Positions 49,762 through 59,268 of a DNA stretch of 64,000 bases are shown here, one piece after another. Source of the DNA: a bacterium (GTDB lineage: Bacteria; Bdellovibrionota_C; UBA2361; CALJRW01); NCBI GenBank assembly GCA_031385045.1, contig JANNBC010000052.1:64001-128000 (forward strand), written 5' to 3'. A model generated the notes under the pieces. It was not told where the DNA came from. It saw only the letters and a program-made list of their open reading frames with translations, and made no database searches. Position 1 is the first letter of the stretch. Every line of letters starts with the position of its first letter. Made by a program: the position numbers and the translations under genes.

Positions 49762-50916
49762 CTAAGCTTTAAAAGACAAATAAATAAAGCTAGCGCCAGT
49801 CTGAGTTTGAGGGGAGAAGTTTTCGATTATGGCTGAAATTAAGGTTGGGGAGAGTTTCTGGATATCTTTTCCGCTCCCTAAATCCTGTCCAATAAAAGTT
49901 CCAGTGTCTGTTTTAGAAATAACAATTGGAATCCCAGTGCTTAATTTAGCACTAAAAGCGACAGCATCTAATCCTAAGCCACCACCACTGCTGCTAAAGT
50001 GCTGAAAGATTTTACTAAGTTCTGCCGAGCGAATTGGATTCCCACGAAATCCTGGAGACCTCTCATTTCCATCATAAACACCTAGCCCATCATCAATTAC
50101 ACCTAAAACTCGGACTCCCTCAATCTTCATTGCCTTGCAGAGTACCTGCTGACTGGCAAAACGTTTAGCATTTCGAAGATACTGATGAAGTATAAAATGC
50201 TCTGTCGTAGTGAGATCACTAATCTCTGGTTCAATTTGAAATGCTAATTGAATGCGCTCAATTTTGGAATGACCAGCTGTTGTGCAATGTCGATAACGAC
50301 TGACATAGATATCCTTAGCAGGTGCTAAGTCTGCAAATTCTTTGATTGCAACATATCCTTGAAAGTTAGACATCCCTTCACTTAGGATAAATCCGATTTG
50401 TTTAATTAAGGTTTGATAAAGTGGCAAGTTTTTTATGATCTTTGGTAAGCATAATTCTTCCACTACTTTTAACATGGTCTCGCTTCGTGATTTGCTATTT
50501 AGTTGTTCAATTAAGCTTTCAAAGGCTGCTAGGAAGATTGCTAAATTGGTTCTAATATCATGCCCTGGTATCTCCAAGGCAATTCTTAAATGATCTGGAT
50601 AATTCCCTGTTAATTTTTCTAGCTTCTTAGTTTTCTTTTCGCTCCAAGTGATAATTTTAGCAGTAACTTCTTTAATTTCATCGCAAAGCTTTTCTAGCTG
50701 GTGAAGCGATTTTTTCTTTTTAAGACCAAGAACTTCTTTGGAGGCATTTTCAGCTAAGCAAATAAACTCTGGAATTGTTGGAAATTTTGGACTGTCTAGT
50801 AAGATCGTAAGTCCTTTTTTAATTGCAACTTGAACCTGCGGTGGGTATTCCGAATGTTTTAAGTGTAGACTTTTCAGTTCGATTGGTCTTAAAGATTTAT
50901 TAGGCTTAGGGGTCAT
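49762..50916 (-). CDS. Divergent cytoplasmic histidine kinase-like protein
   Basis: HDIRT (H box), LRNA (N), DDGLG (G1), IFQHF (F), GGLGL (G2); no TM. Confidence 0.7.
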   Translation of the reverse strand: MTPKPNKSLRPIELKSLHLKHSEYPPQVQVAIKKGLTILLDSPKFPTIPEFICLAENASKEVLGLKKKKSLHQLEKLCDEIKEVTAKIITWSEKKTKKLEKLTGNYPDHLRIALEIPGHDIRTNLAIFLAAFESLIEQLNSKSRSETMLKVVEELCLPKIIKNLPLYQTLIKQIGFILSEGMSNFQGYVAIKEFADLAPAKDIYVSRYRHCTTAGHSKIERIQLAFQIEPEISDLTTTEHFILHQYLRNAKRFASQQVLCKAMKIEGVRVLGVIDDGLGVYDGNERSPGFRGNPIRSAELSKIFQHFSSSGGGLGLDAVAFSAKLSTGIPIVISKTDTGTFIGQDLGSGKDIQKLSPTLISAIIENFSPQTQTGASFIYLSFKA

Positions 50917-51198
50917 ATTTAATTAGAGTCTTATTCTCAGAGCTTTTGTGACAAGATGTTACTTAGTTCTAGTTCTTAATCAAGAAGGCCATCTGTGTAA
51001 TCTATTAATTATCTTAGTATAATTGGCAGTTAGCTATTTTAAAGCCTCGGCTCCTTCTTTGAAATTAAGTAAAGCCACAGAAAATTTATATCAGAGTTGC
51101 ATCTCTTGCTGAATTAAATAAGTAAAGTTGTTCTCATAGCAACATATTGAAAACTTTAACGATATTTTACGAAGTAATTTAAGCTTCAATATTTCATA

Positions 51199-51235
51199 TT
51201 GAAAATATGTATTTAAATATGTATAATAAATATGT
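51199..51235 (+). promoter_or_regulatory. Sigma70-type promoter with three AAATATGT repeats
   Basis: TTGAAA (51199)-17 bp-TATAAT (51222); repeats at 51203, 51215 and 51228. Confidence 0.6.
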
Positions 51236-51465
51236 CACCAACCATCCTCCGAACAAAGAATATCAGGATAGTCATTTATTTTCATGATCATGACCCACCA
51301 CATATTCATGTCTATGGAGCTGGTGCTAAAGCTAAGTATTGAATTGATTCTTTAGAATGTCTTTATTCGGAGGGGTTTTCGGAGAAAGCTTTGCAGCAAA
51401 TTCGTGATTTTTTAGAAGACAAAAAACTTTTTTTACTAGACACTTGGCATGACTTTCAAGAATAA
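51232..51465 (+). pseudogene. DUF4160-family putative toxin with in-frame TGA
   Basis: MSPTILRTKNIRIVIYFHDHDPPHIHVYGAGAKAKY*IDSLE...LLDTWHDFQE; stop at 51340-51342. Confidence 0.85.
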
Positions 51466-51727
51466 AAAAATCACTTTTGGTAATGTCGATCTTCCGATTG
51501 ATGAATTTGAACCAAAAAATGTTAAGATTCGAATTACTACAATGCTTGATGAAAGTATTCTCAATGCTTTAAAAGTACTTGCTAAAAAAAATGGTCAAAA
51601 ATATCAGACTCTAATTAACTCTATTCTTAAAAACTTTATCCAGCAGAATCTTTCTACAAGAAATCCTAGAGATTTTGAAGCTAGAGTTCGAAAGATTGTC
51701 AGAGATGAATTAAAGAAACGAGCCTAA
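51449..51727 (+). CDS. BrnA/CopG-like ribbon-helix-helix antitoxin
   Basis: KIRITTMLDESIL..LK..A...G.KYQTLINSIL; overlaps the upstream gene by 17 bp. Confidence 0.8.
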   Translation: MTFKNKKITFGNVDLPIDEFEPKNVKIRITTMLDESILNALKVLAKKNGQKYQTLINSILKNFIQQNLSTRNPRDFEARVRKIVRDELKKRA

Positions 51728-52788
51728 ACAGTAACCAAATTTTTAAATAATTGAACTAGTTCTGGATCCGCTCGGTTATTACTATTCTTCGCCCAAGTCA
51801 GATATTCCATGATGTATCCTCTCCTCGATTGAAAATCTTCTGATTTGCTTATGAAGACTCCCTTTAAAACTCCCATTCGATTAAATTTACGAGCAGATTC
51901 TAATCTTTTGCCTTGATCTAGATCACTGACCCATTTTTCTTGATCTAATTCATCAAGTAGTCTGGTGATAAGTTCGGGGAAAGTTATTTGAGGAATTCCT
52001 GATTGTTCTGAGAAATATCTTTTAAAATCTTTTTTAGTTTTTAAGACATCTCCTTCTGAGGTTACAATCCGAGGAGCTAAAAAGTTCGCCGTAGGTTCTA
52101 AGCTTAATCGGACAGTGGCATTTTCTTGTCTAAAATAACCGCGATCCACCAGAGTCGCACCAACTAATTGACTAATTTTAAATTGACCTTGATGTGGGTC
52201 GACAATGAATCTTTTATCTAGTTTTTCCCATGTAGTAACTGCTTCATTGATGATCGCCCAGGCACAGGACTCTTCTAGTTCTGCAGTAGAGCGATAATCA
52301 GTAAAGAGGTAGTAGGGAGCATCTTCTAGGAGTTTTGTCGGGCATTCTTCCCAATGAGCACCAGGGTAGTAACTACCACAACTGGCAATCCTAGAGTCCG
52401 CTAGTAGGATCGGGGGTAATACTGGATTATCAAGAATAACAGCGGTAATATAATTAATTAGTTCATGAAATAGCGTATTATAATCAGCCGCAGTTTTATC
52501 AGTAATTTTAATTACGTATCTATAAGGGTTATCCCTAAAGGTATCTTCCCCTTGAGTTACTAACCAAGTCCCTCTTGTTTGACCGTTATTTAGTGGTGAA
52601 TAATGAATGGGAGATCTTCTGGCAAACCATTGATAGTCATAGCAAAATTCAGAAATACGTAGATCGGTTTTGAAGAGTTCTTCGTAAATTGTTTTTAAAA
52701 ATTGATCATTACTTAGTAGTGTTTGCAGATGTACTTCATCTTGAGCGAGACGTTTTTCGATTGGTACTTGTTTTGGCCCTGCAAACAT
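51724..52788 (-). CDS. Hypothetical protein, possible HipA-like kinase fold
   Basis: YVIK...LFHELINY..A.IL...P, later LDKR and LVDRGY. Confidence 0.45.
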   Translation of the reverse strand: MFAGPKQVPIEKRLAQDEVHLQTLLSNDQFLKTIYEELFKTDLRISEFCYDYQWFARRSPIHYSPLNNGQTRGTWLVTQGEDTFRDNPYRYVIKITDKTAADYNTLFHELINYITAVILDNPVLPPILLADSRIASCGSYYPGAHWEECPTKLLEDAPYYLFTDYRSTAELEESCAWAIINEAVTTWEKLDKRFIVDPHQGQFKISQLVGATLVDRGYFRQENATVRLSLEPTANFLAPRIVTSEGDVLKTKKDFKRYFSEQSGIPQITFPELITRLLDELDQEKWVSDLDQGKRLESARKFNRMGVLKGVFISKSEDFQSRRGYIMEYLTWAKNSNNRADPELVQLFKNLVTV

Positions 52789-53045
52789 TTTGATGTTTTA
52801 TTGGAATATCTAATTTTCTTAAAAAATACTTGGCTTAAGACTCAAAAGGTCAACCAAGTCTAGTTCGCTGTTAGTCGGTTATGCAATAATTGTTTTGGAT
52901 GTAGCATTTTAGATCCAAATTAAGATAATAAGATTGCTTTTTGCCAAGAAGTAAACGATAAATCTATCTTACAGTAAGAATTTAGAACTTGAAATTCTTC
53001 AAAAAAATTAGCTAAATTAAATATTTATCTCTTAAGGTTTGCCCT

Positions 53046-53966
53046 GTGGAACTAGTTTATAAGCCAAAGAGGATTTTAATAACTGGTGCGCGTGGCCGTG
53101 TTGCTTCCGCCTTGGATCATTTCCTAGATTTATCAGGTGCCATTAAAAAATTATATTCTCGCGTAGGTTCACAGATTTATAACCCCTTAACTGATCTGCT
53201 AACGGGGAAAGAAATTCGCAGAGGTGATGTTATTTTACATTTTGCTTGGAGTACTCTCCCGCTAAGTGCTGAATTATTAAGGTCGGAGGAGAAAAGTGTT
53301 GATATCATACTTCTAGAAGATCTGCTTAAGGCCATTTTAGCTTCAGGTGCTATTACTGGCGTTCATTTTATTTTCATTTCAACCGGTGCTGTATACGGGG
53401 AAGCCACGGACACTTCAAGTAATGAAAAGTGTCGACCAACTCCGAAAGGGAGATATGCCTGTGAAAAATTATTTGCAGAGAATATTATTAGAGAATTTTC
53501 AGAAAAAACAGGACTCGCTTATACAATTTTAAGAGTTTCTAATCTTTATGGATTTTCCTCTCCAAGTATTAGGCAGCAAGGTATTGTGCCTAAGTTAATA
53601 GCAAATGGAATAAACTCTCAGAAAATTACTGTTTGGGGGAATGGTGATGCACGGAAGGATTATCTACATATCCATGATTTTACATCAGCTCTAAAGCAGA
53701 TCATTACCAAGAAATTAGTAGGCACTTTTAATATTTCCTATGGTAATTCATTCAAACTAAGTGATTTAATCTGCAAAGTCGAAGATCTCTTATCTAAAAA
53801 AATTATCATTGATTACTGTCCGGCGATGCCTTGGGATATTCTTGATAATCGAATTGATAATCAGATGTTTTGCGATCAGGCAGAGTGGATGCCATTAGTT
53901 ACTCTTGATGAGGGACTGATTCAAACTTTTGGCTTACTAAATGAGTTAGAACAGCAAGTCTTATGA
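53046..53966 (+). CDS. NAD-dependent epimerase/dehydratase
   Basis: ILITGARGRVA, ISTGAVYG, YACEK, RVSNLYG, GNG..RKDYLHI.D. Confidence 0.92.
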   Translation: MELVYKPKRILITGARGRVASALDHFLDLSGAIKKLYSRVGSQIYNPLTDLLTGKEIRRGDVILHFAWSTLPLSAELLRSEEKSVDIILLEDLLKAILASGAITGVHFIFISTGAVYGEATDTSSNEKCRPTPKGRYACEKLFAENIIREFSEKTGLAYTILRVSNLYGFSSPSIRQQGIVPKLIANGINSQKITVWGNGDARKDYLHIHDFTSALKQIITKKLVGTFNISYGNSFKLSDLICKVEDLLSKKIIIDYCPAMPWDILDNRIDNQMFCDQAEWMPLVTLDEGLIQTFGLLNELEQQVL

Positions 53967-55396
53967 CAATTGATTTGAAGCAGAAGCACGTCCTGCTTGT
54001 TGTTCACCAGTTTTTTCCTAAATTTCGTTATGGAACCGAAAAATATACCCTCGATCTGGCGCATGGTTTAAAAGAGCTCAGCTATCAAGTTACAGTTTTA
54101 ACAATGTCTGACAATCAAGATGCCGGTAATGTGGCACCCTATACTTCATATCAATACGAAGGAATTAATGTTATTGCAATTAATCACGTAGAACAGCCGC
54201 TATCTAGATTTGGGCAGAGCTACACCAGAAGTAGTTTTCACCATCTTTACCGAGAAATTTTAAGAGAGCTAAAGCCAGACATTATTCATTGTTGTCATTT
54301 GCTGAATCACTCTTTAGCCTTTTTAGATGTTGCCAAGTTTTTTGGTGTACCAATTGTTAAAAGTTTAACTGATTTTTGGTTAATCTGTTGGACAGGGCAA
54401 TTGATTACACATGGAGATAATAAAAATTGTTCTGGCCCAGGAAAAAATTCAGTAAACTGTGTTGATGATTTTTTTAATCGTAAAAATATTTATAGTAATT
54501 CTAAGTTTTTTAAATGGCTTCTAGAATTGACCTTTGAGACTTCTTTTAGAAAAACTCTATTACAATTTGTTTCCTTATTCCCCAAAAATCTACGGGAACA
54601 CTTAATGCCTGGTTATGACGAAATTAAATTTAGAAATAATTTGATTAAAGCTCACGTGGAGTGCGTTCAGAAGTTTTTAGTTCCGACTAAATTTATGGCG
54701 GAAAGATTTACTAGCGAAAATTATCCTAGTGAAAAATTAATTAGTCTAAGTTTCGGCATTTCTCAACCAAGTGATTCTGAAATAAAGGCTCTAGCTAGTA
54801 GATTTGAACTTAGTAACTTGGCAGAAAGAAGCTTGCGGGTAGGCTTTATTGGACAGCTGATGCCACACAAAGGGGCGGACTTACTGATTCGAGCTTTTAA
54901 AAAGATTACAGCTCCGCAGATCTCTTTAGTAATTTATGGGGATTTAGCCATGAGTTCCAGTTATTCAGAATTGTTAAAGCAGCTAGTGGCTGAAGATGCC
55001 CGAATTTCATTTGCTGGAACATTTAACCATGATCATATCTATCAGATTTTAAGCGAAATAGATTTATTGGTGATTCCATCTATTTGGCAGGAGAATTCTC
55101 CACTTGTCTTATTAAATGCCTTAGCCTCCAAAACGCCTGTTGCTATATCTAATGCCAAAGGAATGACGGAATTCGTGGAAGAGGGGCGACAAGGTTTTAT
55201 TTTTGAAATGGGGGATATCGAGGGAATTTATAAAATCTTAAATTCTGCTTTAGAAAATCCCGAGCTACTTGATCAATTAGCAAATAGTCATCCGGGGTAT
55301 CCGATTTCCAAACTGGAATACACAAAGTCAGTTGCTACCATTTATGAAGAGCTACTCATTAGTCATGATGAGCAAGATAGTGCACAAAGCCACTAG
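53963..55396 (+). CDS. Glycosyltransferase family 4
   Basis: HQFFP...GTE, GFIGQL.PHKG, PSIWQENSPLV; ATGA overlap with the epimerase. Confidence 0.9.
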   Translation: MTIDLKQKHVLLVVHQFFPKFRYGTEKYTLDLAHGLKELSYQVTVLTMSDNQDAGNVAPYTSYQYEGINVIAINHVEQPLSRFGQSYTRSSFHHLYREILRELKPDIIHCCHLLNHSLAFLDVAKFFGVPIVKSLTDFWLICWTGQLITHGDNKNCSGPGKNSVNCVDDFFNRKNIYSNSKFFKWLLELTFETSFRKTLLQFVSLFPKNLREHLMPGYDEIKFRNNLIKAHVECVQKFLVPTKFMAERFTSENYPSEKLISLSFGISQPSDSEIKALASRFELSNLAERSLRVGFIGQLMPHKGADLLIRAFKKITAPQISLVIYGDLAMSSSYSELLKQLVAEDARISFAGTFNHDHIYQILSEIDLLVIPSIWQENSPLVLLNALASKTPVAISNAKGMTEFVEEGRQGFIFEMGDIEGIYKILNSALENPELLDQLANSHPGYPISKLEYTKSVATIYEELLISHDEQDSAQSH

Positions 55397-56960
55397 CGTA
55401 TTGGCCATTAGATACAGCTCTCCCGATCTCCGGGCTTGATTCTAGGTATTTAGTTTCATTAAATTTAGGTCCCGGTAGTAAGCCTTGCTGTAATCCAATT
55501 TTTAAAAAATGCTCAAAAGGACTGGCAAGAGATTGTTCTCTAATCTCTCGTTGTACATGACCATATTCTTTTAGATACCATTGCTGATCAAAATATCTAT
55601 TTGGGGAATAATCTAGATTTACTCCAACTGAAACAAAATGCTGAGCGCCACAAATAAAAGTTTTTGATTTTAAAAAACTATTTAGATCTTTATTTGTTTT
55701 TCGATACCATTTTTCATCAAAGAGTATGTTAGGACTGCGATCTTCACTTACTCCAATTTTTATATAGTGCTCAAAGGCATTTTTAAATTGATTATTCTGG
55801 ATAGCAGGTAGGACATCTTGGTATTTATTTAAATACCAAGCTTCTTCAAAGTAAAATTCACTAGGTAAGAAATCCGTCCATTCTTCATGGTTTCTGAGGT
55901 ATGGTTTGATAAATTGATTAGAATTTAAAATAAAATTATTTTTATTTTTTAAATAAAGTGGGTGGCGATCAATAAAACTAGAAGGCGAAAGATTTTTTTT
56001 AGCGCCAATATTTAAAAAGTGTTGTAAGGGAGTATCAATATTAAAAGCATTCATTTCCAGCTGAACTTCAGGATACTTAGAGCAGTACCATTTGGAATCA
56101 AATAGCTGTGAAGAACGACGACCTTCATAGGAGCCAAACTTTATAAAATGGTTAATGCCACAAGGCATCACACCTTCGTTAATAGCCCGCCTAACATCGG
56201 GGTATGTTTTTTTGTACCATTTCTCTTTAAAAAGAAAATTGGTATCTCGTCCTTCTTTCATTCCAATTTTGAAATAATGATCTAAGCCATCAATAAATAA
56301 CCCAGCATTGATTTTTTTTTGAATATCGGGGTAATTCTTAAGGTAGCAAATTTCATTAAATGCAAAATCAGCAGCTATGACATTGTTATAGGATAACTCT
56401 TGTTTATCTTTCTCTGCTAAGTAATGAGAAAAAAGAGAGGGGTATTTTCCTGAATTAATTTCTTTTAAGGCATCGGGATAAATACTTAGATATTTTTGAT
56501 TGTCAAAATTCGGTCCTGGGTTATAGCCTAAATTAAAGCCAGATAGGACAAAATGCTCATAGGCATTTTTAAAGATTCCTTGCTTAATGTTTTCTGCGAC
56601 CTGAGGGTATTGATTTAAGTACCAAGTGGGATCAAAAAACTCGGAAGTGGCTCTTAATTCTGTTGCTCCAAAATGAAAGTAATGCTCGGCTCCACTGATA
56701 AAATCCTTTTTTTTGATTGCCTGAGCTACATCTGGATTCTGATTTAGATACCAGCGCTCATTAAAAAAGCGATTGGGGTTATAATGTTTCTTTAAGCCTT
56801 TAAAAAAATAGTGTTCATAAATAGATTGAGCAGAAGTATCCTGAATTTCATCCTGAACAGTTGGATAGTTATTTAAATACCACTCCGAATCAAAATAGAT
56901 CTGATCTATTAAATCATAATTAGACACCAAATCTGCTACTTTTCTCTTAGTCTTAAACAT
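55359..56960 (-). CDS. Stand-alone protein of about 11 FDxxWYLxxYPDV...H(Y/F)...G..EGRxP repeats
   Basis: Roughly 43-aa repeats readable throughout; no catalytic domain seen. Confidence 0.85.
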   Translation of the reverse strand: MFKTKRKVADLVSNYDLIDQIYFDSEWYLNNYPTVQDEIQDTSAQSIYEHYFFKGLKKHYNPNRFFNERWYLNQNPDVAQAIKKKDFISGAEHYFHFGATELRATSEFFDPTWYLNQYPQVAENIKQGIFKNAYEHFVLSGFNLGYNPGPNFDNQKYLSIYPDALKEINSGKYPSLFSHYLAEKDKQELSYNNVIAADFAFNEICYLKNYPDIQKKINAGLFIDGLDHYFKIGMKEGRDTNFLFKEKWYKKTYPDVRRAINEGVMPCGINHFIKFGSYEGRRSSQLFDSKWYCSKYPEVQLEMNAFNIDTPLQHFLNIGAKKNLSPSSFIDRHPLYLKNKNNFILNSNQFIKPYLRNHEEWTDFLPSEFYFEEAWYLNKYQDVLPAIQNNQFKNAFEHYIKIGVSEDRSPNILFDEKWYRKTNKDLNSFLKSKTFICGAQHFVSVGVNLDYSPNRYFDQQWYLKEYGHVQREIREQSLASPFEHFLKIGLQQGLLPGPKFNETKYLESSPEIGRAVSNGQYASGFVHYLAHHD

Positions 56961-57089
56961 TCTAGCTTAACATACTATCTAGAGATCTATTTGTCAGTAA
57001 AAACTAACTTTTAGTAAATTGTAATGATTATTTTTTCTAAACGGTATAGACTTTCGACGCTTTATTATTTCTTACCTTAGTTTTAATTT

Positions 57090-58157
57090 ATGATTCAACA
57101 AACACAACTAAACTCCCCAGATAGTAATGAAATTATTAAATCAGCTATTAATTTAGCTGTAGATTTTTTAGAACAAAGACAGCGTCCTTCAGGCGGGTTT
57201 CAAACATTCCTTGTTCCTCACATTTCAACTGGCGTACCTCCGATGGATGATTACTCGCCATTTCCAGCAGCCTTAATGGCACATTGTTTAAAATTCGTAG
57301 AATCAGATCAGTCAAAAGAAATCTTAGCAAAGTTAATTTCATTTTTAAAAGCAGAAATGGATCCTAGAGGAGTTTGGCGTTATTTTGCTTCCGAACATCC
57401 TAGATATTTAGATTCACCATTTGATCTAGATGACACAGCTACCTCTTACGCAATACTGCGAGATAATAAGCAAGCGCTACCTAATAATAAAAAACTAGCC
57501 TTAGCTAATAGAAATAAAGCAGGCTTATTTTATACTTGGATGGTTCCACGTAAAGAATTTATTACTTCCCCGGGTGCTTGGACTTATGCTCTGCAAGAGT
57601 TGAAAGATCTAAAAAGAATTAAACAATTCTTTGCCGTCAACGAGTCTGCTTTAAATGATGTTGACTCAGTTGTTAATGCCAATGTCTTGTACATGCTTGG
57701 CAAAAGTAAATACAATCAGCCGGTTGTGGATTATTTAGTAGAGATAGTTCGAAGTAACCAAGAAGAAACTTCTGATAAGTGGCACCATAGTAAATTTAAT
57801 TTATATTATTTTATCTCTAGAAATGCTTTTGCTGGCATTGAATCTTTCTCGACAATTAAAGATGAAATTTGGAATAAAATAAAACAGGAAGCTACCATCG
57901 ATGGCCTAATTGGTGATAGTGTTTTAACAACTGCACTGGCCATTAATACTTTAATCAATTTTAATCTTGATTCTGAATTAATCGATCTGGGAATTTTAGC
58001 AATACTGAAAGGGCAAAACGAGTCTGGAGCTTGGGATTTTCAACCGCTCTATTATGGTGGCCCAAGTAAAGGATGTAGCTTTGGATCGGAGGAGCTAACA
58101 ACGGCTTATTGTGTAGAAGCCCTATCTCGTTATAAAAAATTAAGACTGGCTGCTTAA
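57090..58157 (+). CDS. Monodomain class II terpene cyclase-like protein (prenyltransferase/squalene cyclase repeat)
   Basis: DLDDTA (DxDD); QW-like motifs QRPSGGF, MDPRGVW, QNESGAW; GSEELTTA. Confidence 0.75.
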   Translation: MIQQTQLNSPDSNEIIKSAINLAVDFLEQRQRPSGGFQTFLVPHISTGVPPMDDYSPFPAALMAHCLKFVESDQSKEILAKLISFLKAEMDPRGVWRYFASEHPRYLDSPFDLDDTATSYAILRDNKQALPNNKKLALANRNKAGLFYTWMVPRKEFITSPGAWTYALQELKDLKRIKQFFAVNESALNDVDSVVNANVLYMLGKSKYNQPVVDYLVEIVRSNQEETSDKWHHSKFNLYYFISRNAFAGIESFSTIKDEIWNKIKQEATIDGLIGDSVLTTALAINTLINFNLDSELIDLGILAILKGQNESGAWDFQPLYYGGPSKGCSFGSEELTTAYCVEALSRYKKLRLAA

Positions 58158-58158
58158 T

Positions 58159-59232
58159 ATGTCATTACTAAAGAGTGTTTGGCATTTAATTCGTGCGCAC
58201 CATTGGTGGAACTATAAATTACCCTTAGCACTGATGGCGGCTTATGCATACGCCTCCAAAGAAAATATTTCTTTTAATACGATCATCTTTCCATCCTTGA
58301 TTATTTTATTCTTAGGTTTTATTGCCGCAACATATGCCAGTCTAGTTAATGATTTTATGGATTATGAGCAGGATCTTTTCTCAGGTAAAGAAACTCAGTT
58401 GATGAAGATTAAGCGGTCTAATCATTGGATAGTTTTTGCTACCTCTTTAATACTATCTATTTATGCTGGGTATTTAATTCGTGCTTACCCAATCTCGCTT
58501 TTATGCTTTGCTACTATTATTTTAAACTTTTCACTTTATTCAATTCCACCATTTAGACTAAAAGAAAAGGGGATCTGGGGGGTTATCTCAATTGCCCTGG
58601 GAGAACATTTTTTACCAGCATTACTGGCAATATTAATTATTAAAGAAGCGACTCACTCTCAGTCTTCGACAGTCTGGGTATTCTTCATGTTACTCTGGGC
58701 ATTCACTTTTGGTATTAGAGGGATTCTTTGGCATCAACTAATGGATGAAAAAACAGATCAGCTTGCAGGTTGTAATACAGCACTTGCATCTAACGAAAAG
58801 ACGAAACTCTTAAAAATTGGGAGATTTATTATTTTCCCATTAGAATTAATTTCTTTTTTATATCTACTGACATCATCGGCAAGTTATCTAGCTTGGTTCT
58901 TTTTTATCTTTTATCTCCTGCTGGAGCTAATGAGGTATAAGTTTATGTCAGCTAATATTATGATCTTAGCACCACTGCCCAATGCTAGGTTTTTCTTATT
59001 TGAATATTATCAAATATTTTTCCCATTATCTTTACTCTTAGCCTCTCTCTGGACTACTCCAAGTGCCATAATTTTGATCATCGCTTTTGTGCTGTTATTT
59101 TTCTCTCCAGTCTTTCAAGTTTATCATCATTGCCAGCATTTCTGGATGACTAAGGCTAGTTGGATTTATGTTCTTAGATTAAGTATTACTTCGAATAAGT
59201 TTTATCAGGGCATCCACAATTTTTTTAAATAA
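58159..59232 (+). CDS. UbiA-family membrane prenyltransferase
   Basis: NDFMDYEQD, YSIPPFRLK, HQLMDEKTD..AG. Confidence 0.9.
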   Translation: MSLLKSVWHLIRAHHWWNYKLPLALMAAYAYASKENISFNTIIFPSLIILFLGFIAATYASLVNDFMDYEQDLFSGKETQLMKIKRSNHWIVFATSLILSIYAGYLIRAYPISLLCFATIILNFSLYSIPPFRLKEKGIWGVISIALGEHFLPALLAILIIKEATHSQSSTVWVFFMLLWAFTFGIRGILWHQLMDEKTDQLAGCNTALASNEKTKLLKIGRFIIFPLELISFLYLLTSSASYLAWFFFIFYLLLELMRYKFMSANIMILAPLPNARFFLFEYYQIFFPLSLLLASLWTTPSAIILIIAFVLLFFSPVFQVYHHCQHFWMTKASWIYVLRLSITSNKFYQGIHNFFK

Positions 59233-59268
59233 TATATCTAATATATTACCCTCTGGGAGTTACCAATC

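Noticed and set aside
50960..51150. Possible pseudogene fragment on the minus strand
   Set aside because: Multiple stops and no family motif; cannot be supported without a search
3061..51342. TGA recoding (alternative genetic code), suggested by two in-frame TGA codons
   Set aside because: Conserved genes are uninterrupted and use TGG for Trp; TGA terminates mazG, the epimerase and orfB normally; both cases are in selfish elements prone to decay
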